Origin: Aquifex aeolicus VF5
GTDB lineage: Bacteria; Aquificota; Aquificia; Aquificales; Aquificaceae
Length of the DNA stretch: 32,000 bases
Direction of reading: 5' to 3'
NCBI RefSeq assembly: GCF_000008625.1
Contig: NC_000918.1
Location: forward strand, 90,001 to 122,000
The notes under the pieces: generated by a model
The model's input: the letters and a program-made list of their open reading frames with translations, nothing else
Databases searched by the model: none
Told to the model about the DNA's origin: nothing
Translations under genes and position numbers: made by a program
Shown: positions 1 through 9,018 of the stretch, piece after piece
Layout: every line of letters begins with the position of its first letter
Numbering within the stretch: the stretch's first letter is position 1

Positions 1-1
1 G

Positions 2-421
2 GAAGAGCTGGAGAAAGTAAAGGAAGAAGTGAAAAAGATAAAGGAAAAGTACAAAGTGGTGAACATGTTCTCCCCGGAAGAGAAGGAAAGCTTTTACAAA
101 ATTTACGAAGCTACTTATGGAAAAGTTCCAGCGGAAGTATTCAAAGGTGTCGGAAAACCCGTAGAGCTAAAGGAACACCTTCACTTTCACTCCCATGACA
201 GCAGAAAGGAAGAAGTTGTAACCTTTGACAGAGAACTTACGGAAGAAGAACTCGTGAACTTCCTGAAAAACCTGCCAAAGGAAGTTATACGTGCAAAGGG
301 AATTGTTAAGTTAAAGGACTACCCCTTTCCCGTATTCGTCCACTACGTCTTCGGAGATTACGACTACGGAATGCCCGCGGAAAATTACGAAGGAGAGTCT
401 TTCTTGGTTCTAATAAGATGA
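2..421 (+). CDS. CobW/P47K-family GTPase C-terminal domain protein, 5' truncated by window edge
   Basis: Reading frame is open to the left edge (EELEKVKEEVKKIKEKYKVV...). The C-terminal half, LHFHSHDSRKEEVVTFDRELTEEELVNFLKNLPKEVIRAKGIVKL, resembles the CobW C-terminal domain (R-A-K-G signature). Confidence 0.6.
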   Translation, partial: EELEKVKEEVKKIKEKYKVVNMFSPEEKESFYKIYEATYGKVPAEVFKGVGKPVELKEHLHFHSHDSRKEEVVTFDRELTEEELVNFLKNLPKEVIRAKGIVKLKDYPFPVFVHYVFGDYDYGMPAENYEGESFLVLIR

Positions 422-1077
422 TTGATGTAAGGAAGTACATAGACAACGCAGCCCTGAAACCTCACCTCTCTGAAAAAGAAATCGAAGAATTCGTCCTAAA
501 GTCTGAAGAACTCGGGATTTACGCTGTGTGTGTAAACCCGTACCATGTGAAGCTCGCAAGTTCAATAGCAAAGAAAGTAAAAGTCTGCTGTGTGATAGGC
601 TTTCCTTTAGGACTTAACAAAACTTCCGTTAAAGTAAAAGAAGCGGTAGAAGCCGTAAGAGACGGTGCACAGGAACTCGATATCGTGTGGAACCTTTCGG
701 CTTTCAAAAGCGAGAAGTACGATTTCGTGGTGGAAGAATTAAAGGAAATTTTTAGGGAAACTCCTTCAGCAGTTCACAAGGTAATCGTTGAGACACCTTA
801 CTTAAACGAGGAAGAAATAAAGAAAGCGGTGGAAATCTGTATTGAAGCAGGAGCGGACTTTATAAAGACCTCAACGGGCTTTGCACCGAGGGGAACAACA
901 CTCGAAGAGGTAAGACTGATTAAAAGTAGCGCGAAAGGCAGGATTAAGGTAAAAGCTTCGGGAGGGATAAGGGATTTGGAAACGGCAATATCTATGATAG
1001 AGGCGGGGGCGGACAGGATAGGCACGAGCAGCGGTATAAGCATAGCCGAAGAATTTTTAAAACGACATTTGATATAA
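418..1077 (+). CDS. deoC: Deoxyribose-phosphate aldolase
   Basis: 219-aa ORF with DeoC motifs VCVNPYHVKLA, CCVIGFPLG, GAQELDIVWN, EAGADFIKTSTGF, VKASGGIRD; ATGA overlap with upstream ORF. Confidence 0.94.
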   Translation: MIDVRKYIDNAALKPHLSEKEIEEFVLKSEELGIYAVCVNPYHVKLASSIAKKVKVCCVIGFPLGLNKTSVKVKEAVEAVRDGAQELDIVWNLSAFKSEKYDFVVEELKEIFRETPSAVHKVIVETPYLNEEEIKKAVEICIEAGADFIKTSTGFAPRGTTLEEVRLIKSSAKGRIKVKASGGIRDLETAISMIEAGADRIGTSSGISIAEEFLKRHLI

Positions 1078-1084
1078 TGTCCCT

Positions 1085-1864
1085 ATGGCGGACAAGAAGT
1101 GGAAAACGGCAATATCTACCCACGTAAATCACGAGCCCTATGTAAGGGGATACAGACTCCTTGACCTTGTAGGAAACCTCACCTTCTCGGAAGCAATATA
1201 TCTCCTCCTCAAGGGAGAACTCCCCTCGGAAGCAGAAGCTAAAATGATGGACGCCATTTTTGTCTCCGTAATTGAACACAGCATAGCACCCCCTTCCGTA
1301 ATAGCCACGCGTGCGGTTATAAGCGGTGGAAACTCTCTGAACGTGGGAGTCGGTGCTGGAGTTCTGGCTTTCGGTAGTGCCCACGGTGGAGCCCTTGAAG
1401 ACGCAATGAAGTTCATGCAGGAAGGAGTAAAGAGCAACAGACCTGTTGAAGAAATAGTAAAGGAGTACTTATCCCAGAAAAAGCCAATACCCGGTTACGG
1501 ACACAGGTACTACAAGGAGTTTGACCCAAGAACGAAGAGATTATTTGAACTTGCGGAAAAGTACGGTTTTTGCAAGGAACACTGCGAATTTGCAAAGAAA
1601 GTAGAAGAAGAGATATACAAACAGAAAGGAAAGAGAATAGTCCTGAACGTTGACGGTGCCATAGCAGCTATAACTTCCGATATGGGCTTCGACTGGAGGC
1701 TCGGTAAAGGATTTTTCATAATCGGAAGAGTGCCCGGACTCGTGGCCCACGCTTACGAAGAATTAACGCAGGAGAAACCCTTCTCCAAGAGACTTTCCGA
1801 AGAGGAGTATGAATACACCGGAGTTGAACCGAGGGAACTCCCGCCCGAAAGGAAGAAGGTATGA
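1085..1864 (+). CDS. ccl: Citrate synthase superfamily protein, probably citryl-CoA lyase (reductive TCA cycle)
   Basis: 259-aa ORF with citrate-synthase-like motifs GSAHGGALEDAMKF, PIPGYGHRYYKEFDPRTKRL, DMGFDWRLGKGFFIIGRVPGLVAHAYEE; too short for a canonical citrate synthase and similar in size to Aquificales citryl-CoA lyase. Confidence 0.75.
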   Translation: MADKKWKTAISTHVNHEPYVRGYRLLDLVGNLTFSEAIYLLLKGELPSEAEAKMMDAIFVSVIEHSIAPPSVIATRAVISGGNSLNVGVGAGVLAFGSAHGGALEDAMKFMQEGVKSNRPVEEIVKEYLSQKKPIPGYGHRYYKEFDPRTKRLFELAEKYGFCKEHCEFAKKVEEEIYKQKGKRIVLNVDGAIAAITSDMGFDWRLGKGFFIIGRVPGLVAHAYEELTQEKPFSKRLSEEEYEYTGVEPRELPPERKKV

Positions 1865-2366
1865 AAAGGCTTCTCCCCGTCTTCCTCGCCCTTATACTCT
1901 TCGGTTTGTTAGTTTACATAGGACTAAATCAGGATAAACACGATCACTACACAATCACAACCCAGAAAGGTCAGAAAATCCCAAACGTTACCTTAACAAC
2001 ACCTGACGGAAAGAAGGTAAGTATAGAGGAATTTAAAGGGAAGGTTTTGCTCATAAACTTTTGGGCCACTTGGTGTCCTCCCTGTAAAGAAGAAATCCCG
2101 ATGTTTAAAGAGATATACGAAAAGTACAGGGACAGAGGTTTTGAAATACTCGCCATAAACATGGATCCCGAAAACCTCACAGGCTTCCTGAAAAATAACC
2201 CCCTTCCATTCCCGGTATTCGTGATAAACGAGAAGTGGAAAGAGCCTTTAACATTCCAGGGCTTCCAACGTCGTACTTGGTTGACAGAGGAGGAACTATA
2301 GTAAAGGTTCGCTTGGGAATTTACAGGGAGCTGGAAAAGGATTTGAACGATCTTCTGGAAAAGTAA
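1861..2366 (+). CDS. TlpA/ResA-like membrane-anchored thioredoxin-fold protein, interrupted by -1 frameshift near 2235
   Basis: N-terminal TM plus WATWCPPCKEEIPMFKEIYEKY. Adding one G near 2235 restores NEKVERAFNIPGLPTSYLVDRGGTIVKVRLGIYRELEKDLNDLLEK* in frame, ending at TAA 2364-2366. Confidence 0.85.
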
Positions 2367-2392
2367 TTAGGTCTTTATAATTTAAAAAGGTT

Positions 2393-2616
2393 ATGAGCAG
2401 TACTGCGAAGAAAATTGTAGTAGCCTTATAGTTTTGAGTATAGCCTTCCTTTCCGCATTCTTTACCGTTTACAACTACTTAAAACATCCAGAAAACAGGG
2501 AGTACTTTTTAAAGAGGCTTGAACGTGCAAGGGAAACAAATCCCATAAAAGAGTCCGTTGAAATGTTAAAAGAAAGATTAAAAGGAGGAGAGCATGAACA
2601 CCAACCTCAAAAGTAG
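2393..2616 (+). pseudogene. Frameshifted first copy of the small membrane protein ORF
   Basis: ATG 2393 reads MSSTAKKIVVAL* because of one missing C near 2424; downstream residues are identical to copy 2. Confidence 0.6.
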
Positions 2617-2678
2617 TCCCCTGAAGACGTTAGTTCTCGCCTCGGTTGTCTTGACTTACGTTATAATTTAAAAAGGTT

Positions 2679-2903
2679 ATGAGCAGTACTGCGAAGAAAA
2701 TTGTAGTAGCCCTTATAGTTTTGAGTATAGCCTTCCTTTCCGCATTCTTTACCGTTTACAACTACTTAAAACATCCAGAAAACAGGGAGTACTTTTTAAA
2801 GAGGCTTGAACGTGCAAGGGAAACAAATCCCATAAAAGAGTCCGTTGAAATGTTAAAAGAAAGATTAAAAGGAGGAGAGCATGAACACCAACCTCAAAAG
2901 TAG
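2679..2903 (+). CDS. Small single-TM membrane protein upstream of ctaA
   Basis: 74-aa ORF MSSTAKKIVVALIVLSIAFLSAFFTVYNYLKHPENREYF...; overlaps the ctaA start. Confidence 0.65.
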   Translation: MSSTAKKIVVALIVLSIAFLSAFFTVYNYLKHPENREYFLKRLERARETNPIKESVEMLKERLKGGEHEHQPQK

Positions 2904-3771
2904 TCCCCTGAAGACGTTAGTTCTCGCCTCGGTTGTCTTGACTTACGTTTTGATGGTATTCGGAGGTATAGTTACCTCTACGGGTTCAGGGCTCGGATGT
3001 CCCGACTGGCCCCTGTGTCACGGACAACTCCTTCCTTTTCAGTTAAAGGAACAAATTCCCACACCTCCCGCACCCGTGGTAGCTCCAACTCCCCTCCAGC
3101 CCTGGATTGAACAAACACACAGGATACTCGGAGGAATAACTGGCATAGTTCTGCTCGCAACACTCTTTTACGCCTTCAAAAGGGGAACTTCTTTCGTTAA
3201 AAAAGCCCTCGTTTTTATATTCATAGCTCTGATACTGGAAGCCCTTCTCGGCATGAGGGTTGTAATAACGGAGGCACCGCTTCTCAGAGAACTACTCCAC
3301 TATGTCTACACGAGCGCTCACCTCATACTTTCGGTGTTTATACTTTCAACGATAACCATAACTTACTACTACGTTAAGTTTTTTGGGGAAAGGCCTAAGG
3401 AGTACATCCCTTATGCAGATGCCCTCTACGTTGCAACTATGTTCCAGATACTGCTCGGTATATTCGTGAGGTACGTAAAAGCCCTTGAGTACAATCAGTT
3501 TGTTTACTACCTTCACATAACTTACGCGGGTTTCCTCGTTATACTCTCCCTCTTCATAATGTTTAAGGAGTTCAACAAGTACTCTTTAATAACGTTTCTC
3601 TTAATGACCGCTCAGATACTCGCAGGTGTCGCCACCGTGATTTCAGGGTTCTTTTTACCGTACCTCTTTCTTCACATAGCAATAGGATTCTTTATAGTCC
3701 TTTGGGTATCCTACCTTGTAGCACCTTCCGTTTTAAAGACTTATACTGAGTTTAGAGGAGAGCTGGCATGA
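2881..3771 (+). CDS. ctaA: Heme A synthase
   Basis: 296-aa polytopic membrane protein with COX15/CtaA motifs GGIVTSTGSGLGCPDWPLCHG, IEQTHRILGGITG, LHITYAGFLVIL; RBS aggaggagagc upstream. Confidence 0.93.
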   Translation: MNTNLKSSPLKTLVLASVVLTYVLMVFGGIVTSTGSGLGCPDWPLCHGQLLPFQLKEQIPTPPAPVVAPTPLQPWIEQTHRILGGITGIVLLATLFYAFKRGTSFVKKALVFIFIALILEALLGMRVVITEAPLLRELLHYVYTSAHLILSVFILSTITITYYYVKFFGERPKEYIPYADALYVATMFQILLGIFVRYVKALEYNQFVYYLHITYAGFLVILSLFIMFKEFNKYSLITFLLMTAQILAGVATVISGFFLPYLFLHIAIGFFIVLWVSYLVAPSVLKTYTEFRGELA

Positions 3772-4646
3772 GTGAAAGGGTAGAGGCGGGACAGAACGTG
3801 ATAAAGGAGTATTTGGTTCTCACAAAACCGGGAATAGTTTCCTTAGTTCTTATTACCACTCTCGGCGGAATGTATTTAGGTTCAAGGGGTGAGCTTCAGC
3901 CCGAACTCGTTTTCTGGACCTTGCTCGGTACGGGACTTGCCGCGGCAGGTTCCGCGGTTCTCAATATGGTAATTGATAAAGACATAGATAAATTGATGGT
4001 AAGAACTTCCGAGAGACCGCTTCCAAAGGGAACGGTTGACCCTACAAAAGCTTTCATCTTCGGTATAACTCTTCAGGTTTTCTCACTCGTTATAATGCTC
4101 ACTTTTGTGGGAGTCCTTCCAGCGCTGCTCGTAGCGCTCGCTTCCTTTTCTTACGTGATACTTTACTCTTTGCTTCTCAAGAGAAAGAGTCCCGTTGCAA
4201 CTGAAATAGGCGGGATATCGGGGGCACTTCCGCCCGTTATAGGTTATGTTGCGGCTTCAGGAAGCGTAGATATAAACGCCATAGCCCTCTTCCTTTTAAT
4301 GTTCATGTGGCAACCTCCTCACTTCTGGGTTTTAGCCCTCAAGTACGCGGACGACTATAAGAGGGCGGGAATTCCGACACTTCCCGTAGCCAGAGGTGTA
4401 TTCATCACCAAACTAAAGACACTCCTTTACACAGCTTCACTCTTTCCCGTATCCTTAATCCCTTACCTGACGGGACTTGTAGAAAACCTTTACTTTGTCG
4501 TTGCGGTTGTTATGAATCTGATTTATCTGGGGCTCACTTTAAAGTTCTTCTTCTCAAAGAAAGAGGAAAGTATGAAACTCTTTTTCTTCTCAATCATTTA
4601 CCTTGCGGTTCTTTTCGGAACAATGATAGTGGACATGGTGAAGTGA
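3768..4646 (+). CDS. ctaB: Protoheme IX farnesyltransferase
   Basis: UbiA-family ORF with VLTKPGIVSLVL, NMVIDKDIDKLMVRTSERPLPKG, FMWQPPHFWVLALKYADDYKRAGIPTLPV. Confidence 0.95.
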   Translation: MSERVEAGQNVIKEYLVLTKPGIVSLVLITTLGGMYLGSRGELQPELVFWTLLGTGLAAAGSAVLNMVIDKDIDKLMVRTSERPLPKGTVDPTKAFIFGITLQVFSLVIMLTFVGVLPALLVALASFSYVILYSLLLKRKSPVATEIGGISGALPPVIGYVAASGSVDINAIALFLLMFMWQPPHFWVLALKYADDYKRAGIPTLPVARGVFITKLKTLLYTASLFPVSLIPYLTGLVENLYFVVAVVMNLIYLGLTLKFFFSKKEESMKLFFFSIIYLAVLFGTMIVDMVK

Positions 4647-4647
4647 T

Positions 4648-5909
4648 ATGCTCTGGTTTTCCCTCTTTATTTTATCCATAGCAATCGGTGGTTCTTTTGC
4701 CCTCCTCGTTGCAATAGCAAGGACTCCGGGACTTGCGGATCTCTTTCCTCCAAAGTACTTCTACCACGCTCTTGTGGGACACGTGGACAGCGCTCTGATA
4801 GTCGGACTTTACGCATTTTTGATATTTTTATGGCACAGGATTTTTGAAAAGAAGGAAAACTTCGCAAGCTTCCTTCCCGCACTGCTCGGGTTTTTTATGA
4901 TAGCGGGAAGTTCACTCTTTGGTCTCGGACAGGCACTATGGAACAACTACGTTCCTACCATAATACACCCTGTATTCTTCGGCGGAGTATCTTTATTTTT
5001 CCTTGGTGTTTTCTTAAACTCTTTGAGGTTTTTGCCTCAAGCTGTTAAGAACTTCTACATCGGTGATACCCTGAAATCCATTCTTTCTACTACCGTGATT
5101 AATTCTTTCTTAATGCCCTTAACTTACCTCATCGCCTACTTCAACACTCCAAAAGGAGAAAATGTTTACGAGTACTTTGAGGCACTTTTCTGGTTCGGCG
5201 GGCATACCCACCAGTTTGTAAACGCGGGACTCCTGATTTCATTGTGGCTACTCCTCCTGAGAAGGGAAGTTCTAAACCTCTGGTTTTTAAACTTACTTCT
5301 CGTTGTATTTCCTATAACTTACTTCTTTGCCCAGATTTTCCTGAACCCTCTATCTTCTACAGGAAAGAGCCTCACCACGTGGGGTTACATGGTCGGTATA
5401 GGTATTCCTACAATCGTTTACGGACTCATAACTCTTGTAAGGGCTGTTAAAGGATTGGACTTTTATAGAAGCATTCTTGTGCTGTCCGTTTCCCTTTATC
5501 TCCTTGGGGCTTTAATGGGATACATGATAGTAGGTATGGATACGAGGGTTCCAGCACATTACCACACGGTAATAGCGAGTATACTCGTGGGCGTTATAGC
5601 TCTTACCTTTATGTACCTTCAGGAACTGGGATACATGGAAAAACTCGGGAAGTTTGAGAAGTTTATCCCTTTTTCTACGGTTTTGGTATGCTTCTTTTTG
5701 TCCTCGGACTCTTCTGGGCGGGAGTCTTTGGAGCTCCAAGGAAAACTCCGGGAACGGATTACATACAAAACGCAAAGGTTTACTTATTCATGGCTCTCAT
5801 GGGACTAGGTTCTGTACTATCCGTAGTAGGAGGGGCTTCTTTCGTCTTTGTAGTGCTGAAAACAGTTTTGAGAGGTAGGAAGTATGGAAAGGAGACAGAA
5901 GCAAATTAG
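4648..5909 (+). CDS. Divergent heme-copper oxidase subunit I-like membrane protein, -1 frameshift near 5671-5675
   Basis: Many TM segments; motifs YHALVGHVDSALIVG, FEALFWFGGHTHQFVNA, TRVPAHYHTVIASILVG. A T5 run at 5671-5675 should be T6 to join the two track ORFs as KFIPFFYGFGMLLFVLGLFWAGVFGAP...GKETEAN*. Confidence 0.75.
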
Positions 5910-6000
5910 GAGGTTTAATATAACTATTGCGATTATACTCGCAGTTCTCGCTCTTATAACTTACCTCATAGTCTTCCTGGCTGCGTATCTGTTAAAATAA
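5884..6000 (+). CDS. Small single-TM protein (38 aa), not in the supplied ORF track
   Basis: ATG 5884 reads MERRQKQIRRFNITIAIILAVLALITYLIVFLAAYLLK*; basic N-terminus then one TM; purine-rich gagaggtaggaagt upstream; overlaps the end of the upstream ORF. Confidence 0.65.
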   Translation: MERRQKQIRRFNITIAIILAVLALITYLIVFLAAYLLK

Positions 6001-6007
6001 ACAAACT

Positions 6008-6406
6008 ATGTACGAACTGATAACCATTCTTAGTTTAGTAACGATAGGACTGAGTGGTTTGTTAATACTTACTGGAATAGTCCTCATAAAACTCGGAAAG
6101 AGGGAATGGCACAAAAGGGCTATGCTGACCGCTTCTTTCTTAGCCCTTATATTCGTTGTGCTTTACCTCATAAAGTCCAGTCTCTATCCACCGAAACAAT
6201 ACACGGGAGAGTATAAAACCCTTTACTACTTTGTCCTCTGGAGTCATACAATCCTTGCGATAATAAACTTCCCCCTAGCTGTATACACGGTTTACTTGGG
6301 ACTTAAAGGTCTCTACGATAAACACAGAAAGATAGCACCTATAACCGCCGCGGTATGGATATACGTCGCCGTAACGGGATGGATGATATACTTTTTCTTA
6401 AACTGA
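6008..6406 (+). CDS. DUF420 (CtaM/YozB-like) membrane protein
   Basis: 132-aa polytopic protein ELITILSLVTIGLSGLLILTGIVLIKLGKREWHKRAMLTAS...LWSHTILAI...HRKIAPITAAVWIYVAVTGWMIY; context with heme A genes. Confidence 0.75.
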   Translation: MYELITILSLVTIGLSGLLILTGIVLIKLGKREWHKRAMLTASFLALIFVVLYLIKSSLYPPKQYTGEYKTLYYFVLWSHTILAIINFPLAVYTVYLGLKGLYDKHRKIAPITAAVWIYVAVTGWMIYFFLN

Positions 6407-6419
6407 TGTGGAGGGGATT

Positions 6420-6896
6420 ATGAAAAAGTTCTTTGCTCTCATGACCTTAATTGCGGGAATTTCCTTTTCCCTTGACTTTGCCTGCGTTGACACGAACAAA
6501 GTGATAAGGGAGTCTAAGTTCATAGCGAAGGCTCAGACTGAACTGAGAAAAGAGCTCGAAAAGTATCAGAAGCTGATACAGGAAAAGCAAAAAAAGCTGG
6601 AAGCGTTAAAAAAATCCTTGGAAAGCAAAGCACTTTCAGAAAAGGCTAAAGAAAAAAAGGCAAAGGAAATAGAACAACTGGAAGACGAACTCAGAAAACT
6701 TCAGGTGGAAGCCCAGTCTAAACTTTCAAGGAAGAAAGCTGAGCTTGAAAAAATGGTTTTTGACAAAGTAATTAAGATAGTAGAAAGCACGGCTAAGAAG
6801 AAAAAGATAAAGGCCGTTTTTGACTGCAACTCCATGCTCTACTGGGATAAGAAAATAGACATCACAAATGAAGTTCTGAAAGAACTCGATAAATGA
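6420..6896 (+). CDS. OmpH/Skp-family periplasmic chaperone
   Basis: Signal peptide MKKFFALMTLIAGISFS, then FACVDTNKVIRESKFIAKAQTEL and a long coiled coil; ATG 6420 follows ggagggg. Confidence 0.8.
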   Translation: MKKFFALMTLIAGISFSLDFACVDTNKVIRESKFIAKAQTELRKELEKYQKLIQEKQKKLEALKKSLESKALSEKAKEKKAKEIEQLEDELRKLQVEAQSKLSRKKAELEKMVFDKVIKIVESTAKKKKIKAVFDCNSMLYWDKKIDITNEVLKELDK

Positions 6897-7297
6897 AGAA
6901 GGAGTTCTCCGCAGGGGGAGTGCTTTTCAAAGATGGAGAAGTGCTCCTCATAAAGACTCCCTCAAACGTATGGAGTTTTCCAAAGGGAAACATAGAGCCG
7001 GGAGAAAAACCTGAGGAAACGGCGGTAAGGGAAGTGTGGGAGGAAACAGGAGTAAAGGGAGAGATTCTGGATTACATAGGCGAAATCCACTACTGGTATA
7101 CGCTAAAGGGGGAGCGGATTTTCAAAACCGTAAAGTACTACTTGATGAAGTATAAAGAGGGAGAGCCGAGACCCTCATGGGAAGTGAAAGACGCCAAGTT
7201 TTTTCCAATTAAAGAGGCTAAAAAGTTATTAAAGTACAAAGGAGACAAGGAAATCTTTGAAAAGGCTCTAAAACTCAAGGAAAAGTTCAAACTTTAA
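6893..7297 (+). CDS. Nudix hydrolase, Ap4A hydrolase-like
   Basis: Nudix box GNIEPGEKPEETAVREVWEETGVKGEI is complete (GX5EX7REUXEEXGU). Confidence 0.93.
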   Translation: MKKEFSAGGVLFKDGEVLLIKTPSNVWSFPKGNIEPGEKPEETAVREVWEETGVKGEILDYIGEIHYWYTLKGERIFKTVKYYLMKYKEGEPRPSWEVKDAKFFPIKEAKKLLKYKGDKEIFEKALKLKEKFKL

Positions 7298-8434
7298 CCG
7301 TCCCTTTTTGTTCCTCTTCTATCCTCTCAAGTGTAGGATCATTTTTCTTTCCAGTAAGGATGTCCAGTAGTTCCTTTACGTGTATTATTCCCTGATACTT
7401 GAGCCAGTGTCCGTTAGCACCGCTTATGAATATGCCCTCCTCGTAGTCTCCGAGCCACGCAAGGCCTAACCTGTCCGCTATGCAAAATCCCACTTTCTTA
7501 GCTTCTTCCCCTTTGTTGCACGGAACCACGCAGTGAGAAACGCATCCCTTCCAGCCGTTGTACCCGCTCAAAAGTCTTTCTATAAAGGGTGTTTTTATAA
7601 CCCTCAAGGGATATCCTACGGGAGATTTGAAGAGCATAATATCCTCTTTGTTCAGATTGGTAACGAGCTCTTTGTAAATTTGGGGAGCGTCACACTCGTG
7701 AGTTGCTATAAAACGGGTAGCCATTTGAACGCCAGAAGCTCCCATGTCTATGAATTTCTTAATGTCGTAGTAACTCCAGACTCCGCCTGCAACAATTACG
7801 GGTATATCTCCCCACTTCTTTGCCTCCTCCAGCACAGAGGGGAAAATGTTTTCCAGCTGGTATTCGGGTTTAAAGCAGTCCTCGTACTTAAAGCCCTGGT
7901 GTCCTCCAGACTTTGGACCTTCAAGTATTACGGCGTCTGGAAGTCTATTGTACCTCTTCTTCCAAGTCCTGCAAATTAAGTTCAGCGCCCTTGCGGAAGA
8001 AACTATGGGTACAAGTGCAACGTCATACCCTTTAACGTATTCGGGGAGTTTTAAAGGCAGTCCTGCACCTGATATTATAAGATCCGCACCTGCTTCCGCC
8101 GCGTCCCTTGCTACCCTTCCGTAATCTGTTATAGCGGCGAGTATGTTTACTCCTATAGCTCCCCTTCCGCCCGATATTTCCTTCGCGTCGCGAATGATCT
8201 TCTTGAGAGCTTCGGGGTGGTGCGTGTTTACAGAACCTATCGGTCTTCCGAACTTGTCCCTCTTTACTAGATGGGGATATCTGTAGCCTGTTCCACAGCG
8301 GAAACGACACCAATAGCACCTTCTCTTGCAACGCTTCCGGCGAGCTTTTCCCAGGATATACCAACACCCATTCCGCCTTGAATTATGGGTATATCTACTT
8401 CAATCCTTCCAATTTTTAGCTTTGGTAAGTTCAT
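7287..8434 (-). CDS. Nitronate monooxygenase / 2-nitropropane dioxygenase-like flavoprotein, -1 frameshift near 8293
   Basis: ATG at 8434 (rc) with RBS aaggagagg: MNLPKLKIGRIEVDIPIIQGGMGVGISWEKLAGSVAREGAIGVVSAV. After adding one C near 8293 (+ strand) it continues GTGYRYPHLVKRDKFGRPIGSVNTHHPEALKK...DAVILEGPKSGGHQGF...VIVAGGVWSYYDIKKFIDMGASGVQMATRF. Confidence 0.87.
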
Positions 8435-8535
8435 ACTAACCTCTCCTTAGAATATCTTAAAACAAATTTTAAGATAGAATTATTGAACGTAAAGTCCAGT
8501 AAGCTTTATCAGGTGCAATAAAGGAAAGTTCAAGT

Positions 8536-9018
8536 ATGGCTACAGTCTATTTAGGACTCGGGAGCAACGTAGGAGATAGGATATCTTACATACTTAAAGC
8601 GATAGAAAAACTTGAGGAATTTTTGGAAATAGAAAAAATATCCACAGTCTACGAAAGCAAAGCCTGGGGTTTTGAAAACCAAGGAAACTTTCTAAATTTC
8701 GTTTTAAAGGCAAAGACTTCTCTTCTCCCGCAGGAACTTCTTTTGAAGATAAAAAAAGTGGAAAAGGAAGTTGGACGAAAGGAAAGGTTTAAGTGGGGCC
8801 CGAGGGAAATAGACATAGATATACTCCTGTACAAAGATGAAGTCATCAGGACCAAACTCCTGAAAGTCCCCCATCCCTTTCTGGAAAAAAGGGATTTTTT
8901 CGTCTATCCACTACTTGAAATAGAACCGAATGTAATACATCCTATCTACAGAAAGCCTCTGAAGGAGTTTAAGCCCGAAAATACACTGAAACCTTTCTGC
9001 TGTATCTTAAAAGTATGA
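8536..9018 (+). CDS. folK: 2-amino-4-hydroxy-6-hydroxymethyldihydropteridine diphosphokinase
   Basis: YLGLGSNVGDR, STVYESKAWGF, GNFLNFVLKAKTSL, KWGPREIDIDILLY. Confidence 0.95.
   Translation: MATVYLGLGSNVGDRISYILKAIEKLEEFLEIEKISTVYESKAWGFENQGNFLNFVLKAKTSLLPQELLLKIKKVEKEVGRKERFKWGPREIDIDILLYKDEVIRTKLLKVPHPFLEKRDFFVYPLLEIEPNVIHPIYRKPLKEFKPENTLKPFCCILKV

Larger units (their letters stand above)
2375..2947 (+). repeat. Direct tandem duplication of about 286 bp (copy 1 2375-2660, copy 2 2661-2947)
   Basis: Both copies read ttataatttaaaaaggttatgagcagtactgcgaag ... gttgtcttgacttacg. The only difference seen is tagcctt (copy 1, 2424) against tagccctt (copy 2, 2710-2712). Confidence 0.95.

Noticed and set aside
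2434-2616. 60-aa track ORF MSIAFLSAFFTVYNYLKHPE... as a separate gene
   Set aside because: It is the frameshifted remainder of repeat copy 1; the intact version is 2679-2903.
5512-5878. Overlapping ORFs around the oxidase-like 3' end
   Set aside because: Explained by a single missing T near 5671-5675; true frame continues to 5909.
7533-8124. Plus-strand ORFs opposite the nitronate monooxygenase-like gene
   Set aside because: Antisense to a well-supported, although frameshifted, flavoprotein gene.
8032-8367. 111-aa minus-strand ORF MLVYPGKSSPEALQEKVLLV...
   Set aside because: It is the out-of-frame reading produced by the missing base near 8293, not an independent protein.
8435-8535. Possible regulatory element in the 100-bp gap before folK (aatatcttaaaacaaattttaagataga partial inverted repeat)
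   Set aside because: Contains tatctta/taagata-type symmetry but AT-rich and short; cannot separate it from chance or a bidirectional promoter without transcript data.
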